Origin: Candidatus Desantisbacteria bacterium CG1_02_49_89
Lineage (GTDB): Bacteria > Desantisbacteria > UBA1551
NCBI GenBank assembly: GCA_001871075.1
Contig: MNUP01000033.1
Coordinates: 437 to 64,436 of the forward strand
Length of the DNA: 64,000 nucleotides
Reading direction: 5' to 3'
How positions within the stretch are numbered: the stretch's first letter is position 1; each line of letters starts with the position of its first letter. Both the position numbers and the translations under genes were made by a program. Below, one piece after another: positions 27,930 through 37,302 of this stretch. The notes beneath the pieces are model-generated. The model worked only from the letters and a program-made list of their open reading frames with translations, searched no databases and was not told the DNA's origin.

Positions 27930-28160
27930 TTGTCTCTCCGAAAGTTTGCCCTACTTTCAAGCGCGATGAATCGCGCCGCTACATAAACATAGCAGTAACT
28001 TGACACTTGATACTTGACTCTTGATACTAATTTAACCACGGATTCTCACGAATTTCCACGGATTTTCAAATTGAATTAACTTGTAAACTACACTTAAACC
28101 TTAGGTTAACACTGTTTTAGATAAAATCTTTGTCGTTGATTCATAACTCATAATTCATAA

Positions 28161-29000
28161 TTAGTCTTCTAGTATTGCGACCGGCCTGACCCAGCCGGCG
28201 CTTGCCCCCTTGATTTTTACCGGAAAACACATTACACTGAAACCGTGAGATTTCGGTATCCTGTCAAGGTTCGCCATTTTCTCGATGTGGCAGTATTCCT
28301 TCTTTCTCCCGGCGAAATGCGCGGGCCAGAGGAAACTTTTGTCCTTTGTGCGGGTATAGTCATCCATCATGTTCCTGAAAGGCCGGTCAAGCCCGTACCC
28401 GTCAGTGCCGATTATTTTAACTCCCCGGTCTAACAGCCACAGGACCGCGTCCCCGCTTAATCCGGGGTGGGAAAAAAAATAATCTTTCCTGCCCCAGTGC
28501 TTGTCAGCGCCGGTCATTATAAGGACGATATCGCCTGCGCTTATTTTATAATCTATTTTATCCAGCGCGGACCGAAGGTCGTCCGCGGTAATAAAATCCC
28601 CCTGCTTTTTTGCCCTGAAATCAAGCACGACGCCGTTTCCCGAGCACCATTCAAGCGGGACCTCATCTATAGTTTTGGATGGCCTGCCTTCCGATAACGG
28701 CCCGAAATGATAAGGAGCGTCTAAGTGGGTTCCCGTATGGGTATCCCCGTTTATGGTTTCCCAGGCAAGGCCCATTCCGTCAGGAAAGTCCCTGTGTGTC
28801 ACCTTCTTTATCCCGGTTAAATGCAATAAAAGGTTCTTAAGGGTGATAAATACCGAATGCCCGGAAATAAGAGCGGCAAGCCCAAGCAGGTCCGCTCCCT
28901 GTTTATGGTTAAGGTATTTTATCCTGGCAGGTTCCGGCTCAACCGGGGAATCATCAAGCGCAACGCTCAGATCAATGAATTTCAAGCAAATCCTCCCCAT
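28161..29000 (-). CDS. Cyclase-family protein (kynurenine formamidase-like metal hydrolase)
   Basis: HxGTHxDAPxH motif (GDTHTGTHLDAPYHFG). Confidence 0.7.
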   Translation of the reverse strand: MGRICLKFIDLSVALDDSPVEPEPARIKYLNHKQGADLLGLAALISGHSVFITLKNLLLHLTGIKKVTHRDFPDGMGLAWETINGDTHTGTHLDAPYHFGPLSEGRPSKTIDEVPLEWCSGNGVVLDFRAKKQGDFITADDLRSALDKIDYKISAGDIVLIMTGADKHWGRKDYFFSHPGLSGDAVLWLLDRGVKIIGTDGYGLDRPFRNMMDDYTRTKDKSFLWPAHFAGRKKEYCHIEKMANLDRIPKSHGFSVMCFPVKIKGASAGWVRPVAILED

Positions 29001-29048
29001 AACCCACGCTTTAAAACGTGTCAGCGTGTCAACGTATCAACGGGTCAG

Positions 29049-29118
29049 AGCCCCGCCAGCTCCTAAGGAGCTTAACGGCGGGACCTGCGCCCGCCAATAA
29101 TCGTGGCGGGCTACGGAC
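29049..29118. repeat. Structured ~70-90-nt element, copy 3 (opposite orientation, compensatory variant)
   Basis: It shares CGGGACCTGCGCCCGCCAATAAYCGTGGCGGGCTACGG with 38353-38439 and 54175-54260. The second stem-loop differs in sequence but keeps the same stem/bulge(TAAC)/stem geometry. Confidence 0.45.
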
Positions 29119-29455
29119 GAAAACACTAAAGAAATTATTTACAGGGAACTTAAGAGAACTTAAAAGGCTATAAGATATTTTTCACAGGGATTTAAAGAGA
29201 TTTAAAAAAATCAGCCACGGATGTCCACGTATAATACTCACTTGTCAACTATATAAACTGCATTTGCAACCACGGATTCCCACGGATTTTCACAGATTAC
29301 AACTTTGCAAACTCTGTAAACCATGTAAACTGTATTTGCAACTACGCGATTTCACTCGATTTTCACAAGATTAGTCTTTCACTGGACACTGGCCACTTAA
29401 AGTGAGTCCCCCTTCTTGCTTTTCTGAGAAAGCAGGGGGGCAACTGGACACTGAA

Positions 29456-31597
29456 TTAATCACGTCTGCCTTTAACTACCCCGTGCATTACACTGCTGAT
29501 CACATCCACAGAACAGGGTTTTGGTATGGCGGCCGCGAAACCGTATTTTTTATAATCGGAAATAACCGGGTCATCGGAATAACCGGTGGTCACCACTATC
29601 CTCGCGCCCGGGCTGATCTTGAGCAGTTCCACGGCAGTTTCTTTGCCGCCAAGCCCTCCTGGGATGATCATATCAACGATAACCGCGTCAAACGGATCTT
29701 TTGAATTCAGGGCTTTACTGTACAGATCGATCGCTTCTCTTCCTTCCCGCGCAAAGCTGACGCTGTATCCGAAATGCATAAGCACGCGCCCCATCGTATT
29801 CCTTACCTGCTCCTCATCGTCCATCAGCAGTATATTCCCTTTCCCTTCATAGAAAGCCTTCGCGGTTTCTTCTGTTTTAGTTCCGTTACTCGACGCGGGT
29901 ATGTATATATTAAAAGTTGTGCCCCTGCCTGTTTCTGATTCAACAGTGACGGCGCCGTCATGCCTTTTTATTATTGAATACGCGATCGAAAGGCCCAGCC
30001 CGATCCCGCCTTTTTTGGTCGTGAAAAACGGGTTAAAGATCTTCCCGATATGCTCTTCGGATATTCCGGGGCCTTTGTCCTGGATCCCTATTTTTACGTA
30101 CCTGCCTTCCTTCAGCCCGTTCTCTCCCTGTCTGACAACCGCATTATCGGCTCTTATTGTTATGAGCCCTCCCCCTTTCACTGCCTGCCTTGCGTTGAGT
30201 ATAATATTGCTTATTGCCTGGTTTATCTGCCCGGAGTCTACTTCTGTCTGCCAGAGGTCTTTCTGTATTAAAAATTCGGGTTTCAGGTCTGAGCCGTGAA
30301 GGGCAAAATTCACAGAGTCTTTTATCAGTTTTACTGTCTTGGCCGGTTTCTTTACCGGCTCCCCTCCTCTCGCAAAAGTAAGAAGATGATGCGTAAGTTC
30401 TTTCGCGCGCCTGCCCGCGTTTTCGGCTTCTTCCAGCAGCTCTTTTTCCTCTTTTCTGCTGGAATGCCTGATCTTAAGAAGCCCGATGTTCCCGAGTATC
30501 GGTGTGAGCATATTGTTGAAATCGTGCGCTATCCCCCCGGCGAAAATCCCCAGCATTTCAAGCCTTTCTGTTTTTTCGAGTTCCGCTTCGATCCTCCTGC
30601 GCTCCGTGATGTCGCGTATGACCCCTACCATATACGCGGTTTTTCCCTCGCTGCCCGCAATAAACCTGCTTATTGCCTCCATAAACGCGATATTCCCGTC
30701 TTTTTTTAGAACACGGAAAATATACCTGGGTCTGAGCTCGTTCTCCGCCACATTACTTAAATTATTTCTTATTGACTCCCTTTCGTCCGGATGGATGAGC
30801 TGCAGCCAGTCCCCTCCCGTAACATCTTCCTGTTTATACCCGAGCAGCTGATAAATGTTGGGGCTTATAAAATCCACCTTGCCGCTTGTGTCGAAAGAGA
30901 AAATAATGTCGCTGCTGTTGTCAACGACCATCCTGTATTTTTTCTCGGCTTCATCAAGCTTTCTTTCTTCTTTCTTAAATAAGCGGCTTCCCAGAACTTT
31001 CCACTCATTATCCTGCCTGATAACGGTAAACTCGTGGTTTTGAATAACGTCCAGCACTTCAGATGCTTCGCATTTTTTAAAAGGATACGCGCAGAAAGCT
31101 ATCATCCTGTATTTTTCGATAACGCCGTTGATCGCTTCCTCGTATTTCCTGAAGCTTTCCCAGTGCTTTTTTTGAAGCCATGCCGTATCCCCCGCAGCCC
31201 TTATTCCTTCATAGCCGTCTGCAAGCGCCTGGCCCAGCACCTTATCCCATAACGCCATAACTCTTTCGGCATCAAACTCATTGTTTATCAGATACCATTC
31301 ATCATAGGGAATTATCTTGAACCGGCCCTTTTTTATATACTCATCAAGATCAGGCATAACCTTTTGCATTGCCCCGCTGATCTCGTTCTCTTCCGGTGTT
31401 CCGGAAGCGATCCACATGCAGAGCTCATTATTCTCAAGCCCTGCCCTGAAATAGGGGGCGAGTATCTCAAGAAGGTCATCTTTGCCTGAATAAAGCTGGC
31501 AGATATGGGTCCCCCACGGTATATCACCCAGGAAAACAATGCCTGATCTCCTATTATTACCTTTCATACCTGTCCTTTCCTTTAATATATAAACCAC
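29456..31597 (-). CDS. MEDS-domain hybrid sensor kinase (MEDS-PAS-HisKA-HATPase-REC)
   Basis: N-terminal GDIPWGTHICQLYSGKDDLLEILAPYF (MEDS). GIAHDFNNMLTPI. GPGISEEHI / GIGLGLS. C-terminal REC. Confidence 0.75.
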   Translation of the reverse strand: MVYILKERTGMKGNNRRSGIVFLGDIPWGTHICQLYSGKDDLLEILAPYFRAGLENNELCMWIASGTPEENEISGAMQKVMPDLDEYIKKGRFKIIPYDEWYLINNEFDAERVMALWDKVLGQALADGYEGIRAAGDTAWLQKKHWESFRKYEEAINGVIEKYRMIAFCAYPFKKCEASEVLDVIQNHEFTVIRQDNEWKVLGSRLFKKEERKLDEAEKKYRMVVDNSSDIIFSFDTSGKVDFISPNIYQLLGYKQEDVTGGDWLQLIHPDERESIRNNLSNVAENELRPRYIFRVLKKDGNIAFMEAISRFIAGSEGKTAYMVGVIRDITERRRIEAELEKTERLEMLGIFAGGIAHDFNNMLTPILGNIGLLKIRHSSRKEEKELLEEAENAGRRAKELTHHLLTFARGGEPVKKPAKTVKLIKDSVNFALHGSDLKPEFLIQKDLWQTEVDSGQINQAISNIILNARQAVKGGGLITIRADNAVVRQGENGLKEGRYVKIGIQDKGPGISEEHIGKIFNPFFTTKKGGIGLGLSIAYSIIKRHDGAVTVESETGRGTTFNIYIPASSNGTKTEETAKAFYEGKGNILLMDDEEQVRNTMGRVLMHFGYSVSFAREGREAIDLYSKALNSKDPFDAVIVDMIIPGGLGGKETAVELLKISPGARIVVTTGYSDDPVISDYKKYGFAAAIPKPCSVDVISSVMHGVVKGRRD

Positions 31598-31599
31598 AC

Positions 31600-32118
31600 C
31601 TATTCTTTTTTAATGGTTCTTTTTGATTCCTGTTCAACCCATTTTTCAAGCAGATCCCTGCTTATACGCCACTGCTTGCCTATTTTGGAAAAGGGTATCT
31701 TTCCCTGCTGGGCAAGGCGGTATACCGTAAAATGATGCAGTTTAAGATACTCTGCGACTTCCCTTATATTCATAATTTTGCCTATGTCATCAAAGGGTTT
31801 TGGTATGAATTCCTGCGCCCCCATTTCAAGCGCTTTATCAATATCCTTGCCTACATCATACCCGCTCATCATAACCACTATAGCATCCGGGTTTAGTTTT
31901 TTGATATCCCGGAGCAGCTCTACCCCTTCGATTTTGGGCAGTTTTACGTCAAGGAATATAAGATTATATCGCAGATGGTGCAGCATACGCAGAGCCTCGA
32001 TCGCATCAAGGGCAACACTCAAAGAGCTCTGTGTCCCGAACAACCTCGCAAAAAAAGCAAGGATAGAAGGGTCGTCATCCACTACCATTATAGAAAGTTT
32101 TTCCTTTTGGTCAGGCAT
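31600..32118 (-). CDS. Response regulator with excisionase-family (MerR-like) HTH output
   Basis: REC (LSIMVVDDDPS...D). C-terminal IMNIREVAEYLKLHHFTVYRLAQQGKIPFSKIG, an Xis/excisionase-type DNA-binding domain. Confidence 0.7.
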   Translation of the reverse strand: MPDQKEKLSIMVVDDDPSILAFFARLFGTQSSLSVALDAIEALRMLHHLRYNLIFLDVKLPKIEGVELLRDIKKLNPDAIVVMMSGYDVGKDIDKALEMGAQEFIPKPFDDIGKIMNIREVAEYLKLHHFTVYRLAQQGKIPFSKIGKQWRISRDLLEKWVEQESKRTIKKE

Positions 32119-32249
32119 ACATACCTCTCTTTCTTTCTTTAAGTATGCTATTATATACTATTTTATCAAAAAGTCAAGAAAAAACAACAAACGATAATAG
32201 AATTTAATAAAATTAACAATATTCCATATTCAGCCTAAAATAACAAAAG

Positions 32250-32292
32250 GCGCTGTGTCTGTATGAATTCAGACTTTCAGCGCCTTATATTT
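32250..32292 (-). terminator. Intrinsic terminator after the 32317-32868 gene
   Basis: The minus strand reads AAGGCGCTGAAAGTCTGAATTCATACAGACACAGCGCCTTTTGTTATTTT, a hairpin followed by a T-rich tract. Confidence 0.5.
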
Positions 32293-32316
32293 ATTGCTTA
32301 AATCCCGCTTATTTTT

Positions 32317-32868
32317 TTAATCCTTTCTTTTGCCGGCTTTATGCCCTATCCTTCCCGCCTCCTGCTTTACCCACTTGTCAAGCATATCTTTCTTTATGCG
32401 CCAGGACCTGCCGATCTTGGAAAAGGGGATCTTTCCCTTCTGCGCAAGGCGGTATACCGTCAGATGGTGGAGTTTTAAGTATTCAGCTACTTCCTTAATA
32501 TTCATTATCTTATCCACGTCAACAGGTTTTGGCAGGAATTCCTGGGCTCCCTTGCTAAAAGCCTTCTTGATCTCCCGTGATATATCATACCCGCTTATAA
32601 GAATAACTATTGCTTCAGGATTTGTCTTTTTCAGATCTTCAAGCACGCTTACGCCGTCTTTATCCGGAAGCATATAATCAAGGAATATAAGGTTGTAGAG
32701 CTGGAATCCTGCCATGCGCAGCGCTTCATCAGCGGACATAGCAATGCTTAAGGAATGCTGGTTCCCGAATATCCTTTTGAAAATACCGAACACGGACGGG
32801 TCGTCATCAACAACCAGTATGTTCAACCTGCTTTTTTCTTCCTGCATATTTATCCTCCTGAAAACCAA
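32317..32868 (-). CDS. Response regulator with excisionase-family HTH output (paralog of 31600-32118)
   Basis: Same REC + Xis-HTH architecture (IMNIKEVAEYLKLHHLTVYRLAQKGKIPFSKIG). Confidence 0.7.
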   Translation of the reverse strand: MVFRRINMQEEKSRLNILVVDDDPSVFGIFKRIFGNQHSLSIAMSADEALRMAGFQLYNLIFLDYMLPDKDGVSVLEDLKKTNPEAIVILISGYDISREIKKAFSKGAQEFLPKPVDVDKIMNIKEVAEYLKLHHLTVYRLAQKGKIPFSKIGRSWRIKKDMLDKWVKQEAGRIGHKAGKRKD

Positions 32869-32965
32869 GATATAGACGGAATCTTGTTGACATTATCGGG
32901 AATTATGGTATTATATAGTTGTAATTTAGCGGCAAAAGCGTGATCGCAGCGATCAAGGGAATAAA

Positions 32966-33418
32966 ATGCTTTCGGATATTGAAAAAATAATCTGCCTGAA
33001 AAAAGTGTCCCTGTTCGAGAACCTGACCGAAGAGGAGCTGTTCGCGCTGGAAAAGGTTTCTTTCGAAAAAATCTTTAAGCCGGGCGAGGCTGTCCTGACA
33101 GAAAACGAGTCCGGGCATGAGCTCTACATCGTTGTTTCAGGCGAGGTCGAGATCAGTAAGAACCGCGAAGGCAGAAAGTTCTCGCTCGCGAAAATGGGGC
33201 CTTTCAATGCCATAGGTGAAATGTCTCTTTTCGACGACCTGCCGCATTCGGCAACCGCTGTTGCCTTAAAAGAAACGAACGTTCTGATACTTCCCGAAGA
33301 AGCCGTGCGCGACGTGGTCCTTGAATTCCCCGAGATCGGCCTTGCCATAATAAAAGCGCTTTCAAAAAAATTGCGAAGCGCCGATGAAAAAATCGGGGAT
33401 CTGTCTAAGAACCCTTAG
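32966..33418 (+). CDS. Cyclic-nucleotide-binding domain protein
   Basis: cNMP-binding fold. GEMSLFD / ...YIVVSGEVEI pattern. 150 aa. It is the only clearly plus-strand gene in the window. Confidence 0.7.
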   Translation: MLSDIEKIICLKKVSLFENLTEEELFALEKVSFEKIFKPGEAVLTENESGHELYIVVSGEVEISKNREGRKFSLAKMGPFNAIGEMSLFDDLPHSATAVALKETNVLILPEEAVRDVVLEFPEIGLAIIKALSKKLRSADEKIGDLSKNP

Positions 33419-36054
33419 AGCCCTTCCAGCAGATATGCGGCGCACAGCCTCAAGCCCTGTAATTCACCCTCCCCTTCGCCAAACGCATGTCGAAGACCCA
33501 TCTTTATAATAATGTCCGTATCTGTCATTTCAGCAAAATCCCACAACCTTTTTGCTTCAGCCGCTTTTTCATGAAGTGTTGTGTCGTCTATAAGCGGAAG
33601 GAGAAGGTTTACGATCTTGCTGCCCGCTATGCCTTCTATTATCTCAATGGCATTCGCCCTCGCCTCATGGTTGCGGTAGTCCCTCAGCCTCCTGACCGCG
33701 ACTGTGAACGCATGCGATTTCTCGAACGCGCTCATGAGCCTGAGCACCTTGAACAATTTTCTTTCGTTCCTCATGTTAATGGAATGCAGGATAAGGCTGA
33801 ATACCTCTGCCCTTGTTCCGGAACCGCCGCGCGCCAGTTCTTCAGATCTGCTCAAAATGTTAAGGTAAAAAATATTTTCGTAGATCAGTCTGATCTCATG
33901 GGTGCAGTAATCGATTATAGCCGGCAATGTACCGCTGTCGTTCCTCTTTATAAGTATAAAAGACAACTCTTTCCTGGCAAGGCTGCTTCCGCCCTTCATT
34001 GAATCCAGCAGGAGCCTGGAAACGGTCACGTCCATCTTTTCCAGCGCCCTGGAAGCTTCCCGCCTTACCACCCTGTTTTTGTCGCCCAGGATCCTTATTA
34101 GCAGCTGCGCCGATTTTAACCCCCCTATTTTTTCAAACGCTCTCACCGTATAAAGCCTTACCTCGTCATCCGGATCGTCAACCATCTGTTCCATCAGAGG
34201 CAGTATCTCTGTGCCGCCTAATTCGCTCAGGGCGTAAAGGGTCCTGACCCGGTTTTCAGGGTCCGCGTCTTTCATCATTTTAGAAAGCACGCTCAGGCCC
34301 TTTTCCCTGTTCCCGTATTTCCAGAAGATAACAGCCGCGTTCGTTCTTACCCTGGGATTTTCATCAACAAGCAGGGGCTCAGCGATATCCCTGGCGATCG
34401 TGGGGTCAAACCGCCCTATCGCCTCAACGGCGTTTGCCCTTATCCTCGGGTCCCGGCTGTTCACAAAAGGAATGATGTCAAAAACACCCGTGAAATCAGC
34501 GGTATTGCCCAGCGCAAGTATGGCGCTTGCCCTGCGCCTCGGGTCACTGTTTTCATCCTTCAGGAAATCCAGGATTATGTCCGTGGACTGCTTTTTCCTT
34601 ATCTTGCAGAGCATTTCCATGGCGAACAAGCTAACTTTTTCATTTTCGTCATAAAGAGCGGTTTTGAGGACATCCATACTTCTTCCCGTGCCCAGGTGTG
34701 AAATTTCATTCAGATAATCAGTCCGCTCGAAATAGCTCCTGTCCTCTATGCTCTGTATGAAGCTTTTCATGTAATTTTCTTTGACCCTGAACGAATAGTA
34801 TATCCATCCGGCGCATAAAATTGTCCCTGTAATGATCAGGCCGGAAGTGCCGGCCGATCTTCCGAAGAAAAATATAAAAACGCCTGCCGCGAGCATTCCC
34901 GCCGGAACTATGAAACCTTCGTTGAACGTCAGGGCTTCTCTCCTGGCTTCTTCGGCAAGCGGAAGGAATATCAGCGGGTAAGCCGATTCGAATAGAGAGC
35001 CGCCGATCGCGTCCCTGAGGAACCTGACCGCGACAACAGGCATGAATCCCCGGTGAAAATTGAGCAACAGGAAACCCGCCCCTATCGTAACGGGCATCAC
35101 AAGCATTGCGTTACCCACCCCCATGGTCTTTATAAGCTTTGAAACCACCAAAAGGACCAGGACAAGCGTTGCCGCGTAAAAATAACCGTAATAAGAACCG
35201 TAATAGACGGCCAGCCCGGTTTCCGACGGGAAAGCCCTGTTCAACTCTGTGTTGAACTGGAAATCAAGTATTGTAGTTGCCGCGATAAAAAACAGGAAGC
35301 TCAAGCCTATGGCAACAAGCAGGCGGGACCTGCGGAACTGCGCTAACATCCTGCCGAAGGACCCAAGAACAGTTTCGGCGCGTGCCTGCCGCGCTGTTTT
35401 TTCCTCTGTCCCGGCTATCAGGAACCCCTGGGTGTATTTCATGACAAAAGCAATGGCAAAAAAGGAAAAAGACCAGAGCAGGACCAGGTTATTGGGGCTT
35501 GTAAGCGGGGCGATCGCCCTGGTCAGCACTCCACCCGTGCCTCCGCCTATCAGGCCCGCGCTTACCACAAAGGCGAAAACACGTTTCCCTTCCCTTATAT
35601 TGCAGATCCTCGTTGCCAGGGTCCAGAACTGCGTGTAATAGATCCATACAAAAAAAATGGCAGCCAGGTACAGTACCGTATAAAACCATTTGAAATGCAG
35701 CGCGATGCCCAGGCGGGCAACGAGTATGGAGAAAGCGAGGACCAGGAATGTGTTCTTAAGGATCGTGGTCTGCTTGAAGCGCGATATGAAAGGGAAATAA
35801 AGGAAGGAACCTGCCGCGATGAGCAAACCGTTCATTATGTAGATAGAGGGCAGGGATGACACACCGACGTTCTTAAGGAAAAGGGATGTGGCGACGCTCA
35901 TCCCGACCGTGCTGCCGAGCATCATTATGAAATTGAGTATGGAAAGATAAAAAAGCTTTTTCCAGTCCCTTTCGTGTATCTGGAAAACCCGGAGCGGGTA
36001 GTCCTTTAAGAATCCCAGCCCTTTTTTCAGGAAGTTCATTTCTGCCTGCGGCAA
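33415..36054 (-). CDS. Polytopic transporter (MFS / nucleotide-transporter-like) fused to a C-terminal HEAT-repeat domain
   Basis: About 12 TM helices in the N-terminal ~430 aa. C-terminal repeated DENPRVRTNAAVIF / DPDDEVRLYTVRAF PBS-lyase-type HEAT repeats. Confidence 0.6.
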   Translation of the reverse strand: MPQAEMNFLKKGLGFLKDYPLRVFQIHERDWKKLFYLSILNFIMMLGSTVGMSVATSLFLKNVGVSSLPSIYIMNGLLIAAGSFLYFPFISRFKQTTILKNTFLVLAFSILVARLGIALHFKWFYTVLYLAAIFFVWIYYTQFWTLATRICNIREGKRVFAFVVSAGLIGGGTGGVLTRAIAPLTSPNNLVLLWSFSFFAIAFVMKYTQGFLIAGTEEKTARQARAETVLGSFGRMLAQFRRSRLLVAIGLSFLFFIAATTILDFQFNTELNRAFPSETGLAVYYGSYYGYFYAATLVLVLLVVSKLIKTMGVGNAMLVMPVTIGAGFLLLNFHRGFMPVVAVRFLRDAIGGSLFESAYPLIFLPLAEEARREALTFNEGFIVPAGMLAAGVFIFFFGRSAGTSGLIITGTILCAGWIYYSFRVKENYMKSFIQSIEDRSYFERTDYLNEISHLGTGRSMDVLKTALYDENEKVSLFAMEMLCKIRKKQSTDIILDFLKDENSDPRRRASAILALGNTADFTGVFDIIPFVNSRDPRIRANAVEAIGRFDPTIARDIAEPLLVDENPRVRTNAAVIFWKYGNREKGLSVLSKMMKDADPENRVRTLYALSELGGTEILPLMEQMVDDPDDEVRLYTVRAFEKIGGLKSAQLLIRILGDKNRVVRREASRALEKMDVTVSRLLLDSMKGGSSLARKELSFILIKRNDSGTLPAIIDYCTHEIRLIYENIFYLNILSRSEELARGGSGTRAEVFSLILHSINMRNERKLFKVLRLMSAFEKSHAFTVAVRRLRDYRNHEARANAIEIIEGIAGSKIVNLLLPLIDDTTLHEKAAEAKRLWDFAEMTDTDIIIKMGLRHAFGEGEGELQGLRLCAAYLLEGL

Positions 36055-36075
36055 CCGGCGCTAAAAGCGCTATTT

Positions 36076-36891
36076 TTATTTTACCGGCGGGCAATAAAGA
36101 CCCGAGAACCACTTGGTATACAGTTCGTCGTATTTGCCGCTCAATTTCAGGTCTGAAATGAAATAATTGAGCCATACCAGGAACTCCATATCCCCTTTGG
36201 GGACCGCTATCGAATAAACCTCATAGCTGAGCTGCTGCTGTAAAACTTTCCAGTTTGGGTGGGTCATGCACAGAGACTCAATGAAAGGCTTGTCGTAGAT
36301 GAACGCGTCAACGTCCTTCCTGGTCAGCATCTGCACGGCTTCCGCGTCGCTTGCCGCCCTTATGATCTTCGCTTTGTCGAATTTCTTATCCGCGACATCC
36401 TGGCCGGTTGTTCCTTCCACTGATACAATTTTCTTGCCCGGAGCGTTAAGCTGTCTCCAGTTGTCGATCTTCGTGTTCTTCTCGTTGACTATAACCATCA
36501 ATCCTGTCGTGAAGTAAGGGTCGGTGAAGTTCACAAGGAACGCGCGGTCAAGCGTCCTTGTCATGCCCGAGATTACCAGGTCAATTTCCCCTCCCAGCGC
36601 GGAAACAAGGTCCTCGTATTTCCCGTAATCCTTGATGACCAGTTCAACCTTAAGTGCGTTCGCGAGCTCCTTCGCGATATCCACGTCAAATCCGATGATC
36701 TCGCCGCTTTCATTTTTATACTCAAACGGCTTGAACCCGGAGCTCAAACCCACCCTGATCTTTCCCATGCTGCGTATATTGGAAAGGAGCTGGGGCACTG
36801 TCTGCGAAGTCTGCGACCGTGAGGTCCCGCACCATCCCGCGGCAATCACCGTAAGCAGTAAAACTACCGCGATCTTCATGTTTTTTCTCAT
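36076..36891 (-). CDS. ABC transporter periplasmic amino-acid-binding protein (family 3 SBP)
   Basis: Signal peptide. PBPb fold motifs (DLVISGMTRTLDRA). Confidence 0.75.
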   Translation of the reverse strand: MRKNMKIAVVLLLTVIAAGWCGTSRSQTSQTVPQLLSNIRSMGKIRVGLSSGFKPFEYKNESGEIIGFDVDIAKELANALKVELVIKDYGKYEDLVSALGGEIDLVISGMTRTLDRAFLVNFTDPYFTTGLMVIVNEKNTKIDNWRQLNAPGKKIVSVEGTTGQDVADKKFDKAKIIRAASDAEAVQMLTRKDVDAFIYDKPFIESLCMTHPNWKVLQQQLSYEVYSIAVPKGDMEFLVWLNYFISDLKLSGKYDELYTKWFSGLYCPPVK

Positions 36892-36981
36892 CCTGTCCCT
36901 CCTTTAAACTTTACCTGGTTCTGCTTCATTTGTGAAAAAATGAGCCTTTTATTTATCGCAGTAGCGGATATCACCTCCCCG

Positions 36982-37191
36982 TTATTTTATTTTTTTCAGT
37001 TCCACATTAACCCACACGCCGCATTTCTGGCATTTAAATTTACCCCATACCGCTCCTTCATGTTCGTATTGCTCGACAGGCAGCAGCCTTCCCCCGCAGT
37101 CAGTTTTATAAAAAGCGCCGCTGCTTGCATCCTGCATCCTGCCCGTGTGGTAGTGTATATACTGTATCTGGTCTTTTTCAGGGACTTTCAT
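36982..37191 (-). CDS. Small zinc-ribbon protein
   Basis: 69 aa with C..GG...CQKCG, a pair of CxxC-like motifs. No further support. Confidence 0.4.
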   Translation of the reverse strand: MKVPEKDQIQYIHYHTGRMQDASSGAFYKTDCGGRLLPVEQYEHEGAVWGKFKCQKCGVWVNVELKKIK

Positions 37192-37302
37192 AATTTTCTC
37201 CGCCCGAAAAAATGATTACACCGATTACGCAAGATGATTACGCGGATTCGATCTTGGTACTAAACACAACTATGGATTTATACTTTGTAAACTTTGAAAA
37301 CT

